From assembly GCA_963666515.2 (NCBI GenBank), contig OY762897.2:2848001-2912000 (forward strand): 64,000 bases of DNA, in the 5' to 3' direction. The DNA is from Candidatus Binatia bacterium (GTDB taxonomy: Bacteria > Desulfobacterota > Binatia > UBA9968 > JAJDTQ01). The notes beneath the pieces were generated by a model. It made no database searches. It had not been told where the DNA came from and worked only from the letters and a program-made list of their open reading frames with translations. The translations under genes and the position numbers were made by a program. Of this stretch, positions 30,175 through 40,024 are shown one piece after another; the stretch's first letter is position 1; every line of letters starts with the position of its first letter.

Positions 30175-30927
30175 TCACATGTACAGGCCGCCGTTGACGG
30201 CGATGGTCTGTCCGGTGATGTATTGACCCCCGGGACCGGCCAGGAACGCCACCGTCCCGGCCACGTCGCCGCCGCTGCCGAACCGGCCCAGGGGAATCGC
30301 GTCAAGATACTTGCTTCGGGTGCCCTCGTCCAGACCGGCGGTCATTTCCGTTTCGATGAAGCCCGGCGCGACGGCATTGACGGTGATCCCGCGCGGCGCC
30401 AGCTCCCGGGCCATGGACTTGGTAAAACCCACGATGCCCGCCTTGGAAGCGGCATAGACGGACTGCCCGACGTTTCCCGTTTGTCCGACCACCGAGGTCA
30501 GATTGACGATCCGGCCGCGCCGCTGCCGGATCATCCTCCTGCTGGCGGCCTTGGTGCAGTGGAACACGCCCCGCAGGTTGACGTCGATGATCCGTTCCCA
30601 GTCGGGGGCCGATTGGCGCAACAGCAGACCATCGACGGTCAACCCCGCATTGTTCACTAAAATATCAAGTTTCCCATGCCGGTCAACGACCTTCTTGAAA
30701 GCCTCCTCGACCTGATCCTGCCGGGCGACGTCGAACGGCGCCAGCTCGGCGCGGCCGTTGCCGTCGAGGACCTGCGCCAGCACGTCCTGCGCGGCTTCCC
30801 GGTTGTCCCGGTAGTTGATGATCACCGTGGCGCCCAGACGCGCCAGGCACAGCACGATCTCCCGCCCGATGCCCCGGCTGCCGCCCGTGACCAGCGCCAC
30901 CTCGTCCGCCAGCGACCCCGCGGCCAT
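30175..30927 (-). CDS. fabG: 3-oxoacyl-ACP reductase
   Basis: TGGSRGIG, NNAG, YAASKAG, VAPGFIET.MT, VNGG.YM. Confidence 0.96.
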   Translation of the reverse strand: MAAGSLADEVALVTGGSRGIGREIVLCLARLGATVIINYRDNREAAQDVLAQVLDGNGRAELAPFDVARQDQVEEAFKKVVDRHGKLDILVNNAGLTVDGLLLRQSAPDWERIIDVNLRGVFHCTKAASRRMIRQRRGRIVNLTSVVGQTGNVGQSVYAASKAGIVGFTKSMARELAPRGITVNAVAPGFIETEMTAGLDEGTRSKYLDAIPLGRFGSGGDVAGTVAFLAGPGGQYITGQTIAVNGGLYM

Positions 30928-30929
30928 GA

Positions 30930-31877
30930 TCAGCCTCGCGCCTCCGCCGGCAGCTTCTCCAGATCCTCGGGCTTCTCCAGGTTGAAAGTCTTCACCTGTC
31001 GATCGATGCGCCTGATGAGCCCGGACAGGACCTTTCCCGGCCCCACCTCGACGGCGCACTCGCAGCCGAGCTGCTTCAACGCCTCCACCGACTCCTCCCA
31101 CCGGACCGGCGCCACCACCTGCTCCACCAGCAGCGGCTTGACCCGCTCGGCGTCCGAGTTGAGGGCCGCCTCCACGTTGGTGACCACCCCCACCGAGAGC
31201 GGCCCCACCTCGACGCGCTCCAGCACGTCCCGCAGTCCCTCGGCCGCGGGCCGCATGAGCGCGCAGTGGAACGGAGCGCTCACCGCCAACTCCACCACCA
31301 TCCTCGCGTCCCGGTCCCGGGCCATTTGCGACGCCCGCTGCACCGCGGCGCGGGCGCCCGAAACCACCACCTGTCCGCCGCCGTTCAGGTTGGCCGGCGC
31401 CAGCACCTCGCCGTTTGCGGCCTCCTCGCAGATCTCCCGCACCGCGGCCGCATCCAGCCCGATGACCGCCGCCATCGCGCCCTCGCCCTGGGGCACGGCT
31501 TCCTGCATCAGGCGGCCCCGCTCGCGGACCACGGTGACGGCATCCGCCAACCCCAACGCCCCCGCACACACCAGCGCGCTGTACTCGCCGAGGCTGTGTC
31601 CGGCCGCCCACGCGGGCTTGAGCCCGCCGCGGTGTTCGAGGACCCGCAGGGCCGCCACCGACACGGTGACGATGGCAGGCTGGGTGTATTCCGTGCGGTT
31701 CAGGTCGGCTTCGGGACCGCGGAAGCACAACTCGCGCAGCCCCAGGCCCAGGGCGTCCTCGGCTTCCTCGAAAACGGCCCGGGCCTCGGCGAACTCGTCG
31801 CACAGGGCCTGCCCCATGCCCACCGCCTGTGAGCCCTGCCCCGGGAAAACGAAAGCGATGTTCTCTCCGCCCGGCAT
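30930..31877 (-). CDS. fabD: Malonyl-CoA:ACP transacylase
   Basis: FPGQGSQ, TQPAI, GHSLGEY, VSAPFHC. Confidence 0.96.
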   Translation of the reverse strand: MPGGENIAFVFPGQGSQAVGMGQALCDEFAEARAVFEEAEDALGLGLRELCFRGPEADLNRTEYTQPAIVTVSVAALRVLEHRGGLKPAWAAGHSLGEYSALVCAGALGLADAVTVVRERGRLMQEAVPQGEGAMAAVIGLDAAAVREICEEAANGEVLAPANLNGGGQVVVSGARAAVQRASQMARDRDARMVVELAVSAPFHCALMRPAAEGLRDVLERVEVGPLSVGVVTNVEAALNSDAERVKPLLVEQVVAPVRWEESVEALKQLGCECAVEVGPGKVLSGLIRRIDRQVKTFNLEKPEDLEKLPAEARG

Positions 31878-32872
31878 CAGGCCTCCCGGTTCAACGCGCC
31901 CACGATATAGCCGTTGATGTCCTGCGACACGGCTTCCGCGGCCACCCGCACGGCGTTCTTGATGGCCTTGGCGGAGGAGCCTCCGTGGGCGACGATGGCG
32001 ACGCCGTTCAGGCCCACCAGCGGGGCGCCGCCGTAGTGCGCGTAGTCGAGGCGGTCGTAGGCGCTTGTGATGGCGCCACGCGACAGCAGGTAGCCCGCAC
32101 GGCTGAGCAGGCTGCTGCGGAAGGCCCCCTTCAGGACCGAGGATACGAACTGTCCGAGTCCTTCCATGGTCTTCAACGCCACGTTGCCGGTGAAGCCGTC
32201 GCACACCACCACGTTCACCCGGCCGTTGGTGATGTCCCGGCCTTCCACGTGGCCGGCGAAATTCAACTCCGTGGAGCGCAGCTCACGGATCGCCTCCCGC
32301 GTGAGGTCGTTGCCCTTGCCGTCCTCTTCCCCGTTGCTGAGCACGCCCACGCGCGGGTTTTCGATGCCGAGGATCTTCTCCGCGTAGACGGCGCCCATGT
32401 GCGCGAACTGGACCAGTTGCCGCGGCTTGCAGTCGGTGTTGGCGCCCCCGTCCAGGAGCACCGTTCCGCCGGAGAGCGAGGGGCTCACCGTGAGGATCGC
32501 GGGGCGGTCCACCCCCGGCAGCCGGCCGAGCACGAACATGCCGATGGCCATCATGGCCCCGGAGTTTCCGGCGCTCACCACCGCGTCCGCCTCACCGGCC
32601 TTGAGCCGGTCGAAGGCGACTCTCATGGAAGAATCCTTCTGCTTCAGCGCCCGGCTGGGCGAGTCGTGCATGTCGATGGAGGAGGCGGCGGGAACGACGT
32701 GCACCGGAAGCCGGTTCGCTGGGCGTTGCGACAGCTCGGGCTCCACCGCGTCCGGCTGGCTTACCAGGGTGATCTCCACCCCGTATTCTTCCGCGGCCTG
32801 GAGGGCGCCCGCGACGACAACGCCCGGGCCGTGGTCGCCGCCCATCGCGTCAACGATAATCCGCCGCATCAC
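31877..32872 (-). CDS. plsX: Phosphate acyltransferase PlsX
   Basis: DAMGGDH, SAGNSGA, DRPAI, CDGFTGNVALK, HGGS. Confidence 0.96.
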   Translation of the reverse strand: MMRRIIVDAMGGDHGPGVVVAGALQAAEEYGVEITLVSQPDAVEPELSQRPANRLPVHVVPAASSIDMHDSPSRALKQKDSSMRVAFDRLKAGEADAVVSAGNSGAMMAIGMFVLGRLPGVDRPAILTVSPSLSGGTVLLDGGANTDCKPRQLVQFAHMGAVYAEKILGIENPRVGVLSNGEEDGKGNDLTREAIRELRSTELNFAGHVEGRDITNGRVNVVVCDGFTGNVALKTMEGLGQFVSSVLKGAFRSSLLSRAGYLLSRGAITSAYDRLDYAHYGGAPLVGLNGVAIVAHGGSSAKAIKNAVRVAAEAVSQDINGYIVGALNREA

Positions 32873-32892
32873 GGACCCGGAAACGGGGTGGT

Positions 32893-33075
32893 CTAGGTTT
32901 CCTCGCCGGGTATGACGGACCGGCCCTTGTAGTAGCCGCAGGCGGCGCAGGCTCTGTGCCTCAGGGTCGCTTCACCGCAACGCGAGCAGGCTATCCACCG
33001 GGGCGCGGCAATGGCGTCATGGGACCGGCGCTTGTTTCTCTTGCTGTTGGAGGTTCGTCTCTTGGGTACGGGCAT
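32893..33075 (-). CDS. rpmF: 50S ribosomal protein L32
   Basis: MPVPKRRTS..RRSH, CxxC..HRACxxCGYYKG. Confidence 0.96.
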   Translation of the reverse strand: MPVPKRRTSNSKRNKRRSHDAIAAPRWIACSRCGEATLRHRACAACGYYKGRSVIPGEET

Positions 33076-33119
33076 GTCTGATATCCGTCCTGCCTGTTGA
33101 TTTCGCCGACTCGCCGGGT

Positions 33120-33641
33120 CTAACGGTCCACCCGGAGGTTACGGAAAACGGCCATACGGGGATCCCCCGGCGGCGCGCATTCACAACCCGTCCGGTTCAA
33201 CTCGGCGCCGCAACCGGGGCACAGGCCGCGACAGCTTTCGCTGCACAGCGGCCGCATAGGCAAGGCGAGTAGCGTTTGCTCGCGGACATAGGGAGAGAGG
33301 TCGATGTCTTCCCCGGAGTAGAAACTCAAACCCATCTCGTCCGCCGTGAGTTCCTTGTTTTTATTAGTCGGAAGGGGTTCCGGGGTCAACACGAAGTCGA
33401 AAGTTTTTTCGATGACGAACGGGAAGCTCTCCAGGCAGCGGCTGCAGTCTCCTTCCACGCTTCCCTTGAGGCCACCGTGGAAGAATATCTCCCGGCCCGA
33501 CCGGTAGCAGGTCACGTTCACGTGTATCGGCGACGGAAAGCGGAACGCCGAAACTCCCTGGCGGCCGACGTCAGGCGTCTCGGAGAAACGGCTTTCCCGC
33601 GGCACCGTGTCGATCCGTGTCAGGGGAATCCTCAAGGCCAC
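33120..33641 (-). CDS. YceD / DUF177 family protein
   Basis: CSRCL, IDL..YVREQ.LLALPMRPLCSESCRGLCPGCG, DPR; upstream of rpmF. Confidence 0.9.
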   Translation of the reverse strand: MALRIPLTRIDTVPRESRFSETPDVGRQGVSAFRFPSPIHVNVTCYRSGREIFFHGGLKGSVEGDCSRCLESFPFVIEKTFDFVLTPEPLPTNKNKELTADEMGLSFYSGEDIDLSPYVREQTLLALPMRPLCSESCRGLCPGCGAELNRTGCECAPPGDPRMAVFRNLRVDR

Positions 33642-33805
33642 TCCGGTTACGGGAAATCTTCTTACCGGGCGAACGCCGCCCTTGTCAACGCGGGATCGGC
33701 CGCGCGCCGAAAGGCGCCGGCGCCTTGTGGACCCGGACCGTTTCTGCTAACGCAACAGGCCGTGGGTTGTCGTTGCCGAACAGGGAACTGGGCCGGAGGC
33801 GGGGC

Positions 33806-34729
33806 GTGAACGCGCGGCTGGGTCTGCTGCACGCGGTCCTCCTGGCCACGGTCGACCTGAGCACCAAGGTGCCCGCGAGCCACCCGTCGGCGCGAAACCT
33901 GGGCACCGAGAGAATGGGCTCCGGCACCATCGTCGATCCCGCCGGCGCCATCCTGACCGTCAACTACGTCGTCAACGGCGCCGAGGACATCGCCGTGACG
34001 CTGTCGGACGGCAAGCAGTACCCCGGCCGCCTCGCGGCGCAGGACTTCGACACCGGCCTCGCCCTTGTCCGCATAGACGCGGCCGACCTGCCGTTCCTGC
34101 GGCCGGCCGAATCCGTCACCATCGGCCAGCCCGCCTTCATGGTCGCCAGCGCCGGACAGCAGTCCCGGCGGGTCAGCGACGGCAGCGTCACCTCCCTCGA
34201 AGGCTACGACGGACAGTGGGAATACCTGCTCGAACGCTCGATCCGCGTGAGCGCCTTCAATCCGGGCTTCGGCGGAGGCACGCTGGCCGACTCCCGGGGC
34301 CGCCTCATGGGGGTGGTGTCGCTCAACCTGAACGAGATCGGCAAGTTCACGTTGGCGATCCCGGTGGACTACTACCTCCGCGACGCGGACGAACTGCAAC
34401 GGCACGGGCGGGTCCGCAGCCGGCCACCCCGCCCCTGGCTCGGCTTCTACCCCCAGGCTCTCGGGGGCCACGTGCTGATCACCGGGGTCACGCCTTCGGG
34501 GCCGGCGGAGAAGTCGGGCCTGCAACAGGGCGACATCATCCTCACGGTGGAGGGCCAGGAAGTGCAGACCCGGCCCCAGCTCTACCGGGAGATCTGGAAG
34601 AAGCGCGCCGGGGACGTCATCACCTTTCACGTCATCCGGGGAGACGGCTCACTGGACGTCCCGGTGGCCAGCCGTGACCGCTGGGACTTCAACCAGCCCA
34701 ACCCGCTGGGCGGCAAAGCCGACGACTGA
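33806..34729 (+). CDS. HtrA/S1C-like trypsin-fold + PDZ protein lacking the catalytic triad
   Basis: GSGTIV, LTVNYVV, DTGLAL, FNPGFGGG; PDZ RPWLG..GPAEKSGLQQGDII. GTG 33806 follows GGAGG. Confidence 0.8.
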   Translation: MNARLGLLHAVLLATVDLSTKVPASHPSARNLGTERMGSGTIVDPAGAILTVNYVVNGAEDIAVTLSDGKQYPGRLAAQDFDTGLALVRIDAADLPFLRPAESVTIGQPAFMVASAGQQSRRVSDGSVTSLEGYDGQWEYLLERSIRVSAFNPGFGGGTLADSRGRLMGVVSLNLNEIGKFTLAIPVDYYLRDADELQRHGRVRSRPPRPWLGFYPQALGGHVLITGVTPSGPAEKSGLQQGDIILTVEGQEVQTRPQLYREIWKKRAGDVITFHVIRGDGSLDVPVASRDRWDFNQPNPLGGKADD

Positions 34730-34754
34730 CCCACGTCCTGTGCGGAGCGGGACC

Positions 34755-35159
34755 GTGAAGAACGTAACCACCTATCGTGTCATCTACGGCGACACGGACC
34801 AGATGGGGGTGGCCTACTACGCCAACTATCTCCGGTGGTTCGAGATCGGCAGGACCGAGTTCATGCGGGAAGCGGGGATTTCCTACGAGCAGGCGGAACG
34901 CGAAGGGTTCTTCTTCCCGGTCACCGAAGCGCAGTGCCGTTACCGCAGGCCGGCCCGTTACGACGACCTGTTGCGCATCGAGACCACTATCGAATCCCTG
35001 AGCCGCGTGGCGCTGAAGTTCCACTACCGGATCGGTCTGGAAGAGGACCGCGTCGCCCTCGCGTCGGGCTGGACGAAACACGCCTGCCTCGACCTGGAGC
35101 GAAAGCTGACCCGGCTGCCGGAACCGTACGCGCGCCGGCTGGGACTCGGCGCGGGGTAG
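34755..35159 (+). CDS. Acyl-CoA thioesterase (YbgC/4HBT family)
   Basis: RVIYGDTDQMGVAYYANYLRWFEIGR, PARYDD. Confidence 0.9.
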   Translation: MKNVTTYRVIYGDTDQMGVAYYANYLRWFEIGRTEFMREAGISYEQAEREGFFFPVTEAQCRYRRPARYDDLLRIETTIESLSRVALKFHYRIGLEEDRVALASGWTKHACLDLERKLTRLPEPYARRLGLGAG

Positions 35160-35171
35160 CGCAAGACGGGG

Positions 35172-36527
35172 TCAGGGAGACGGGGGATCCCAGGTGGGGG
35201 GATCGTCCTCGGCGGCGGGAAGCTCCGTAGGGCAGTAGATGTCCGCCACCTGCCGCAACAGCGCAATGTTGTCGGCGTGGCCGGTCATCCTCGCGGTCAC
35301 CCGGCCGCGCACGGGCCGGCCGAGGAGCGAGAAGTCGCCGACGATGTCCAGGACCTTGTGGCGCGCGAACTCGTCCTCGAACCTCAGGGTGGTGTTGATC
35401 ACCTTCTCGTCGTCGACGATGATGCAGTTGCCGAACCGGCCGCCCTTGATCATGCCCATCCGCTCGAGCTTCTCGAAATCCCGCAGGAAACCGAAGGTCC
35501 GGGCCGGGGCGATCTGCTCCCGGAAAGAATCCGCCCCCTCGTGGACGTAGGTGTATTCCTGCGTTCCCACCGGGCTGGGATAGCGCAGCCGGTAGTGAAC
35601 GGTGAAGCCGTCGGCCGGCTCGATGACGATCTCCTCGTCCCTGTCCCCGGCCACCCGAAGGGTCCGGTCGATGACGATCTCCGGGCGTTCTCCCTGCTGC
35701 TCTTCCACGCCGGCCTCCTCGATCAACCGGCAGAACTCGATGGCGGAACCGTCCATGATGGGAATCTCGCCGTACATCTTGATCAGGAGGTTCGTGACGC
35801 CGTAGGAATGGAGCGCCGCCAGCAGGTGCTCCACCGTCCCCACCACCACGCCGTCCCGCTGCAGCGAAGTGGCGAAATCCGTGGAGCGCACGTAGTCCAG
35901 GTGGGCCGGGACGGTGACGTCGGTGGAGATGCCGCCGAAGTGGATGCCGCTGTTCTCCGGCAAGGGATGCAGGATGACGCCGGTGTTGACGCCCGAATGC
36001 AGCCCGAGGCCGCACGCCACCACGCTTTTCCCGAGGGTCTTCTGCGGCGCGGCGCGGCCGCCGTTGCCGCCGGCGCCGAAGCGGCAGGACGGTTCCGGGA
36101 TACCGCCGCCCGCCGGCGCACCGGGCCCCACCCCGCCGCCGGGAGCTTCTCGCCTCGCGTCCTCGCACGCCCGCTCGATGGCGGCCAGCAAGCCGTCCAG
36201 GGAAAGCGGCTTCTCGATGAAGTCGAAAGCCCCGAGCTGCGTCGCGGCCACCGCGGTGTGGATGCTCCCGTGGCCGGAGATCATGATGACCCGCGCGTCC
36301 GGGTGTTCGCGCCGGATCTGCCTGAGAAGCACGATCCCGTCCATTTCGGGCATCCAGACGTCCAGGAGGATGACGTCCGGCTCCTCCCTCGCCACCAGCT
36401 CCATCACCTCCGACCCATCGGGGGACGCGACCACGCGGTAACCCTCGTCCGTGAGGATCTCCTTCACCGTCTCGCGGATGACGTCCTCATCGTCGACCAC
36501 CAGAACCGTTCTCTGCGCTGGCTGCAT
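35172..36527 (-). CDS. lpxC: Response-regulator receiver domain fused to UDP-3-O-acyl-GlcNAc deacetylase LpxC
   Basis: REC: VVDDE, LLDVWMP, MISGHG, FIEKP. LpxC: QKT..GLGLHSG, TVEHLLAAL, EIPIMDGSA, APARTFGF, RHKVLD, GH. One continuous ORF; GGAGGA RBS before ATG 36527. Confidence 0.92.
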   Translation of the reverse strand: MQPAQRTVLVVDDEDVIRETVKEILTDEGYRVVASPDGSEVMELVAREEPDVILLDVWMPEMDGIVLLRQIRREHPDARVIMISGHGSIHTAVAATQLGAFDFIEKPLSLDGLLAAIERACEDARREAPGGGVGPGAPAGGGIPEPSCRFGAGGNGGRAAPQKTLGKSVVACGLGLHSGVNTGVILHPLPENSGIHFGGISTDVTVPAHLDYVRSTDFATSLQRDGVVVGTVEHLLAALHSYGVTNLLIKMYGEIPIMDGSAIEFCRLIEEAGVEEQQGERPEIVIDRTLRVAGDRDEEIVIEPADGFTVHYRLRYPSPVGTQEYTYVHEGADSFREQIAPARTFGFLRDFEKLERMGMIKGGRFGNCIIVDDEKVINTTLRFEDEFARHKVLDIVGDFSLLGRPVRGRVTARMTGHADNIALLRQVADIYCPTELPAAEDDPPTWDPPSP

Positions 36528-36595
36528 GTCTGCTGGATCCTCCATGACCACGTTCGGGGCCGGGGCGCCGGGTGTCCCCTCTCCCCACCCATACA

Positions 36596-38923
36596 CTAGC
36601 TGGTGCGGACCTCCAACGGGTCCGTCTGGGCCGCCACCGGAAACTCGATGATGAAACGCGTGCCGCACGGCTGGTTCGGGCGCACGCGAACGTATCCCCG
36701 GTGATCGGCCACGATGGTCCCGACGATCGACAGGCCGAGTCCGGTGCCGTCCTTCTTGGTGGAGTAGTAGGGCTCGAACACCCGGCCGCGATCCTCCCGG
36801 GCGATGCCCTCACCCTCGTCCGCCACCTCCAGGCGGACCATGCCGAAGGTCTCGTCGAACCGGGTCGCGATCTCCACGCGCCCCTTGCCGTTCACGGACG
36901 CGACGGCGTTGTCGAGCAGATTGAAGATGGCCCGCTTGATCTGCTCCCGGTCCACTTCGACGGGCGGGATCGGGGCCTGCTCCGAGAGGTCGAACTCCAC
37001 TTCACGGTGTCCCTCCTTGAACAGGAACAGCGCCTCGCGGACCACGTCGTTGAGATCGTCCGGCACGAGCTGCGCGGTGGGCAGCCGCGCGAAGTTGGAG
37101 AACTCGTTCACCAGGGTCTTCAGCTCGTCCACCTGCCGGATGATGGTGGACGTGCACTTGTCGAGCACCGCCCCATCGCCGTCCAGGACTTTCTCGTAGC
37201 GCTTGCGCAGACGCTGCGCCGAGAGCTGGATCGGCGTCAACGGGTTCTTGATCTCGTGAGCGATGCGGCGCGCCACCTCGCGCCAGGCCTCCACGCGCTG
37301 CACCTTCAGGACCTCGGTGATGTCCTCCATGAAGAGCATGATGCCGAGCGTGTTGCCGTCGTCGTCCCGAAGGCTGGCGGCTGCGGTCATGAGCGTCAGC
37401 GGCCCGTCGCGGCCCACGATGCGCACGTCGCGCTCCACCCCGGCACTGCCCCTGACCTGCTCGATGACGTCGAGCAGGGGCCGCAGGTTGGGGGCATGCA
37501 GCGTCTCACCGTAGTCCCGGTGGAGCACGTCTCCGGCCCGGATCCCCAACATCATCTCGGCCGCCTTGTTGACGATGGTCACCTTCCCCGACCGGTCCAC
37601 CGAGATCACTCCCGCGGTGATGTTGCCCAGCAGCGTTTCCATGTAACGCCGCCGCTGCTCCAGCTCGGTGTTGGTGTGCTTGAGGTCCGCGGTCATCTGG
37701 TTGAACGACGCCACCAGCGCTCCGATCTCGTCGTCGCCGCCGGCGTCGATGCGATAGTCCAGGTTGCCGTGGGCGACTTCATGCGTGCCTTCCGCGAACT
37801 GCTGGATCGGCACGGTGATGCCTTTGGCCAGGGCGAGCCCGAACCAGGTGGCGAGGAAGATCATCACCAGGGTGATGACCAGCAGGGTCACGACGTAGGC
37901 TTTCTTCACGGGCTCGTTGAGGACCGCCAACTGCTTGTACTCGTCGTACGAGCGGGAGATCTGCTGCGCCTTCTTGCTGATGCTCCTGGGAACGAAGTAG
38001 TCCACCACCACCGCCCCGATGATCCTTCCGCCGTCGCCGTGCACCGGCACCGCCCCCCGCAGCACGTCGCCCTCGCCCAGCGGCTGGGTGCGGTCCACCT
38101 CCAGGCCCCGCAACGCGCTGTTGAGAAAGTCCGCCTGCGGGCTCACGGTGACTCCCGTGGGCACCTGGTCGTTGAAGGCCTTGATCAGCGCGGTCCCGTC
38201 CGGCTTGTAGACCTCCACCGTGCCGAGGTTGTACTCCCGCTGCTTTTCCTCGACGAGACGCTTCAGGCCGTCGAGCTTCTTCGGATCGAGGAGTTTCTCG
38301 TCGCCGATGCGCTGGCCGAGTTGCCGGGCGAAGAAGCGCGCGTTGTCGGCCGAGTTTCGATAGTAGGTCCGGCTGATGTCGACGGAGCCCTTGAGCGCGT
38401 TGACGATCTGCGGATCGAACCACTTGTCCACCGTGTCCACCGCGCGCGTCACGAAACTCCCGGCAATGAAGAACAGCACGACGGTGGGCACCAGCGAGAT
38501 GCCGACGAAGGTGAACACCAGCCGCGCCTGAAGACGGGAGCCGAGGATCCGCCGCCGGCGGTCCAGCACCAGTTTCAGCAGGTTCCGGGAAACCAGGAAG
38601 ACCAGCAGCACCAGCAGGATGAGGTTGACGTTGACCAGCACCAGGAAGGCGACGTTGCTGGTGACGGCGTAGTCCGCGGCGCCGTGCGGCAGGAGATCGT
38701 CGAAGAACGCGAACAGGGCGAACACCAGGACCATCAGGGCGGCGATGACGATCACCCACCGCTCGCGCCTGCGCCGCTTCCGTTCGTCGGATCGAAGCGT
38801 CTCCGCGTCAGCCTTGAGTGCGCTCGTTGGAGTGGCCAAACCGGCGTCCTCCCCCAGTTCCGTTCTATCGCTTCCGCCGGTAAAGCACAAAAGAAATGAC
38901 GGCGCTCGCCGGCCCCCGGACAT
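36596..38923 (-). CDS. ntrY: NtrY-like sensor histidine kinase (TM-HAMP-PAS-HisKA-HATPase); true start probably slightly downstream of 38923
   Basis: AWREVARRIAHEIKNPLTPIQLSAQRL, LVNEFSNFARLP, NLLDNA, FEPYYSTK..GTGLGL; HAMP DEIGALVASFNQM. Confidence 0.9.
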   Translation of the reverse strand: MSGGRRAPSFLLCFTGGSDRTELGEDAGLATPTSALKADAETLRSDERKRRRRERWVIVIAALMVLVFALFAFFDDLLPHGAADYAVTSNVAFLVLVNVNLILLVLLVFLVSRNLLKLVLDRRRRILGSRLQARLVFTFVGISLVPTVVLFFIAGSFVTRAVDTVDKWFDPQIVNALKGSVDISRTYYRNSADNARFFARQLGQRIGDEKLLDPKKLDGLKRLVEEKQREYNLGTVEVYKPDGTALIKAFNDQVPTGVTVSPQADFLNSALRGLEVDRTQPLGEGDVLRGAVPVHGDGGRIIGAVVVDYFVPRSISKKAQQISRSYDEYKQLAVLNEPVKKAYVVTLLVITLVMIFLATWFGLALAKGITVPIQQFAEGTHEVAHGNLDYRIDAGGDDEIGALVASFNQMTADLKHTNTELEQRRRYMETLLGNITAGVISVDRSGKVTIVNKAAEMMLGIRAGDVLHRDYGETLHAPNLRPLLDVIEQVRGSAGVERDVRIVGRDGPLTLMTAAASLRDDDGNTLGIMLFMEDITEVLKVQRVEAWREVARRIAHEIKNPLTPIQLSAQRLRKRYEKVLDGDGAVLDKCTSTIIRQVDELKTLVNEFSNFARLPTAQLVPDDLNDVVREALFLFKEGHREVEFDLSEQAPIPPVEVDREQIKRAIFNLLDNAVASVNGKGRVEIATRFDETFGMVRLEVADEGEGIAREDRGRVFEPYYSTKKDGTGLGLSIVGTIVADHRGYVRVRPNQPCGTRFIIEFPVAAQTDPLEVRTS

Positions 38924-38956
38924 CCGCCGCCAGCGCCGCGGGCGTATCGGGAACCC

Positions 38957-39994
38957 CTACAGCAGCCGCTTCTGCCGTTTCTCCCGGTCCACGCGCGAAG
39001 CGGACTGGGACCGTCCCAGGTGCCGGTAGGCCACCGGCGTGGCGACGCGGCCCTGCGGACGGCGCTCCAGGAAGCCGGCCTGGATGAGGTACGGCTCGTA
39101 GGCGTCCTCGATGGTGCCTCTTTCCTCGCCGATGGCCGCGGCGAGGGTATCCAGTCCCACCGGACCGCCGTCGAACTTGTCGATGATGGTGGCGAGGATG
39201 AGCGTATCCATCTTGTCGCAGCCCTGCTCGTCCACTTCCAGCATCTCCAGGGCCTCGCACGCCACCGGCCGGCTGATCCTTCCATCGCCGTGGACTTCCG
39301 CGTAGTCCCGTACCCGCCGCAGCAGCCGGTTGGCGATGCGCGGCGTGCCGCGGGAGCGGCGGGCGATCTCCATGAAGCCGGCGTCGTCGCCGCCCACGCC
39401 CAGGAGCGCCGCGGACCGGGCGAGCAGCTTCGCCAGCACCTCCGGCTCGTAGAAGTCGAGCCGGAACACCGCGCCGAACCGGTTGCGCAAGGCCGGCGTC
39501 AGCAGGCCGGAGCGGGTGGTGGCGCCAATGAGCGTGAACCGCTTGAGGTCCAGCTTGATGGATCGGGCGCCGGGTCCCTGGCCGATCATGACGTCCACCT
39601 GGAAGTCCTCCATGGCGGGGTACAGCACCTCCTCCACCACGTGGTTGAGGCGGTGTATCTCGTCGATGAACAGGACATCTCCGGCGTCGAGGTTGGTGAG
39701 CAGGGCGGCGAGGTCCCCGGGCCGCTCCACCACCGGGCCGGACGTGGGCCGGATGTCCACCTCCATCTCCCGGGAGATGAGGTGCGCCAGGGAGGTCTTG
39801 CCCAGGCCCGGAGGGCCGTGGAACAGGAGATGGTCCAGCACGTCGCCGCGCCGCTTGGCCGCGGTGATGGCCACGGCGAGGTTCGCCTTGACCTTCTCCT
39901 GGCCGAAGTACTCGCTGAAGCGCCGGGGCCGGAGGCTCGAGTCGTAGAGGACGTCCTCCTCGGTGCCCGCGGGCGAGATGGTCCTGTCTTCCAT
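38957..39994 (-). CDS. ruvB: Holliday junction helicase RuvB
   Basis: [39 protein letters not shown]. Confidence 0.98.
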   Translation of the reverse strand: MEDRTISPAGTEEDVLYDSSLRPRRFSEYFGQEKVKANLAVAITAAKRRGDVLDHLLFHGPPGLGKTSLAHLISREMEVDIRPTSGPVVERPGDLAALLTNLDAGDVLFIDEIHRLNHVVEEVLYPAMEDFQVDVMIGQGPGARSIKLDLKRFTLIGATTRSGLLTPALRNRFGAVFRLDFYEPEVLAKLLARSAALLGVGGDDAGFMEIARRSRGTPRIANRLLRRVRDYAEVHGDGRISRPVACEALEMLEVDEQGCDKMDTLILATIIDKFDGGPVGLDTLAAAIGEERGTIEDAYEPYLIQAGFLERRPQGRVATPVAYRHLGRSQSASRVDREKRQKRLL

Positions 39995-40024
39995 GAAAGC
40001 GGTTCCGCTGAGCCCGGCGCCCCG

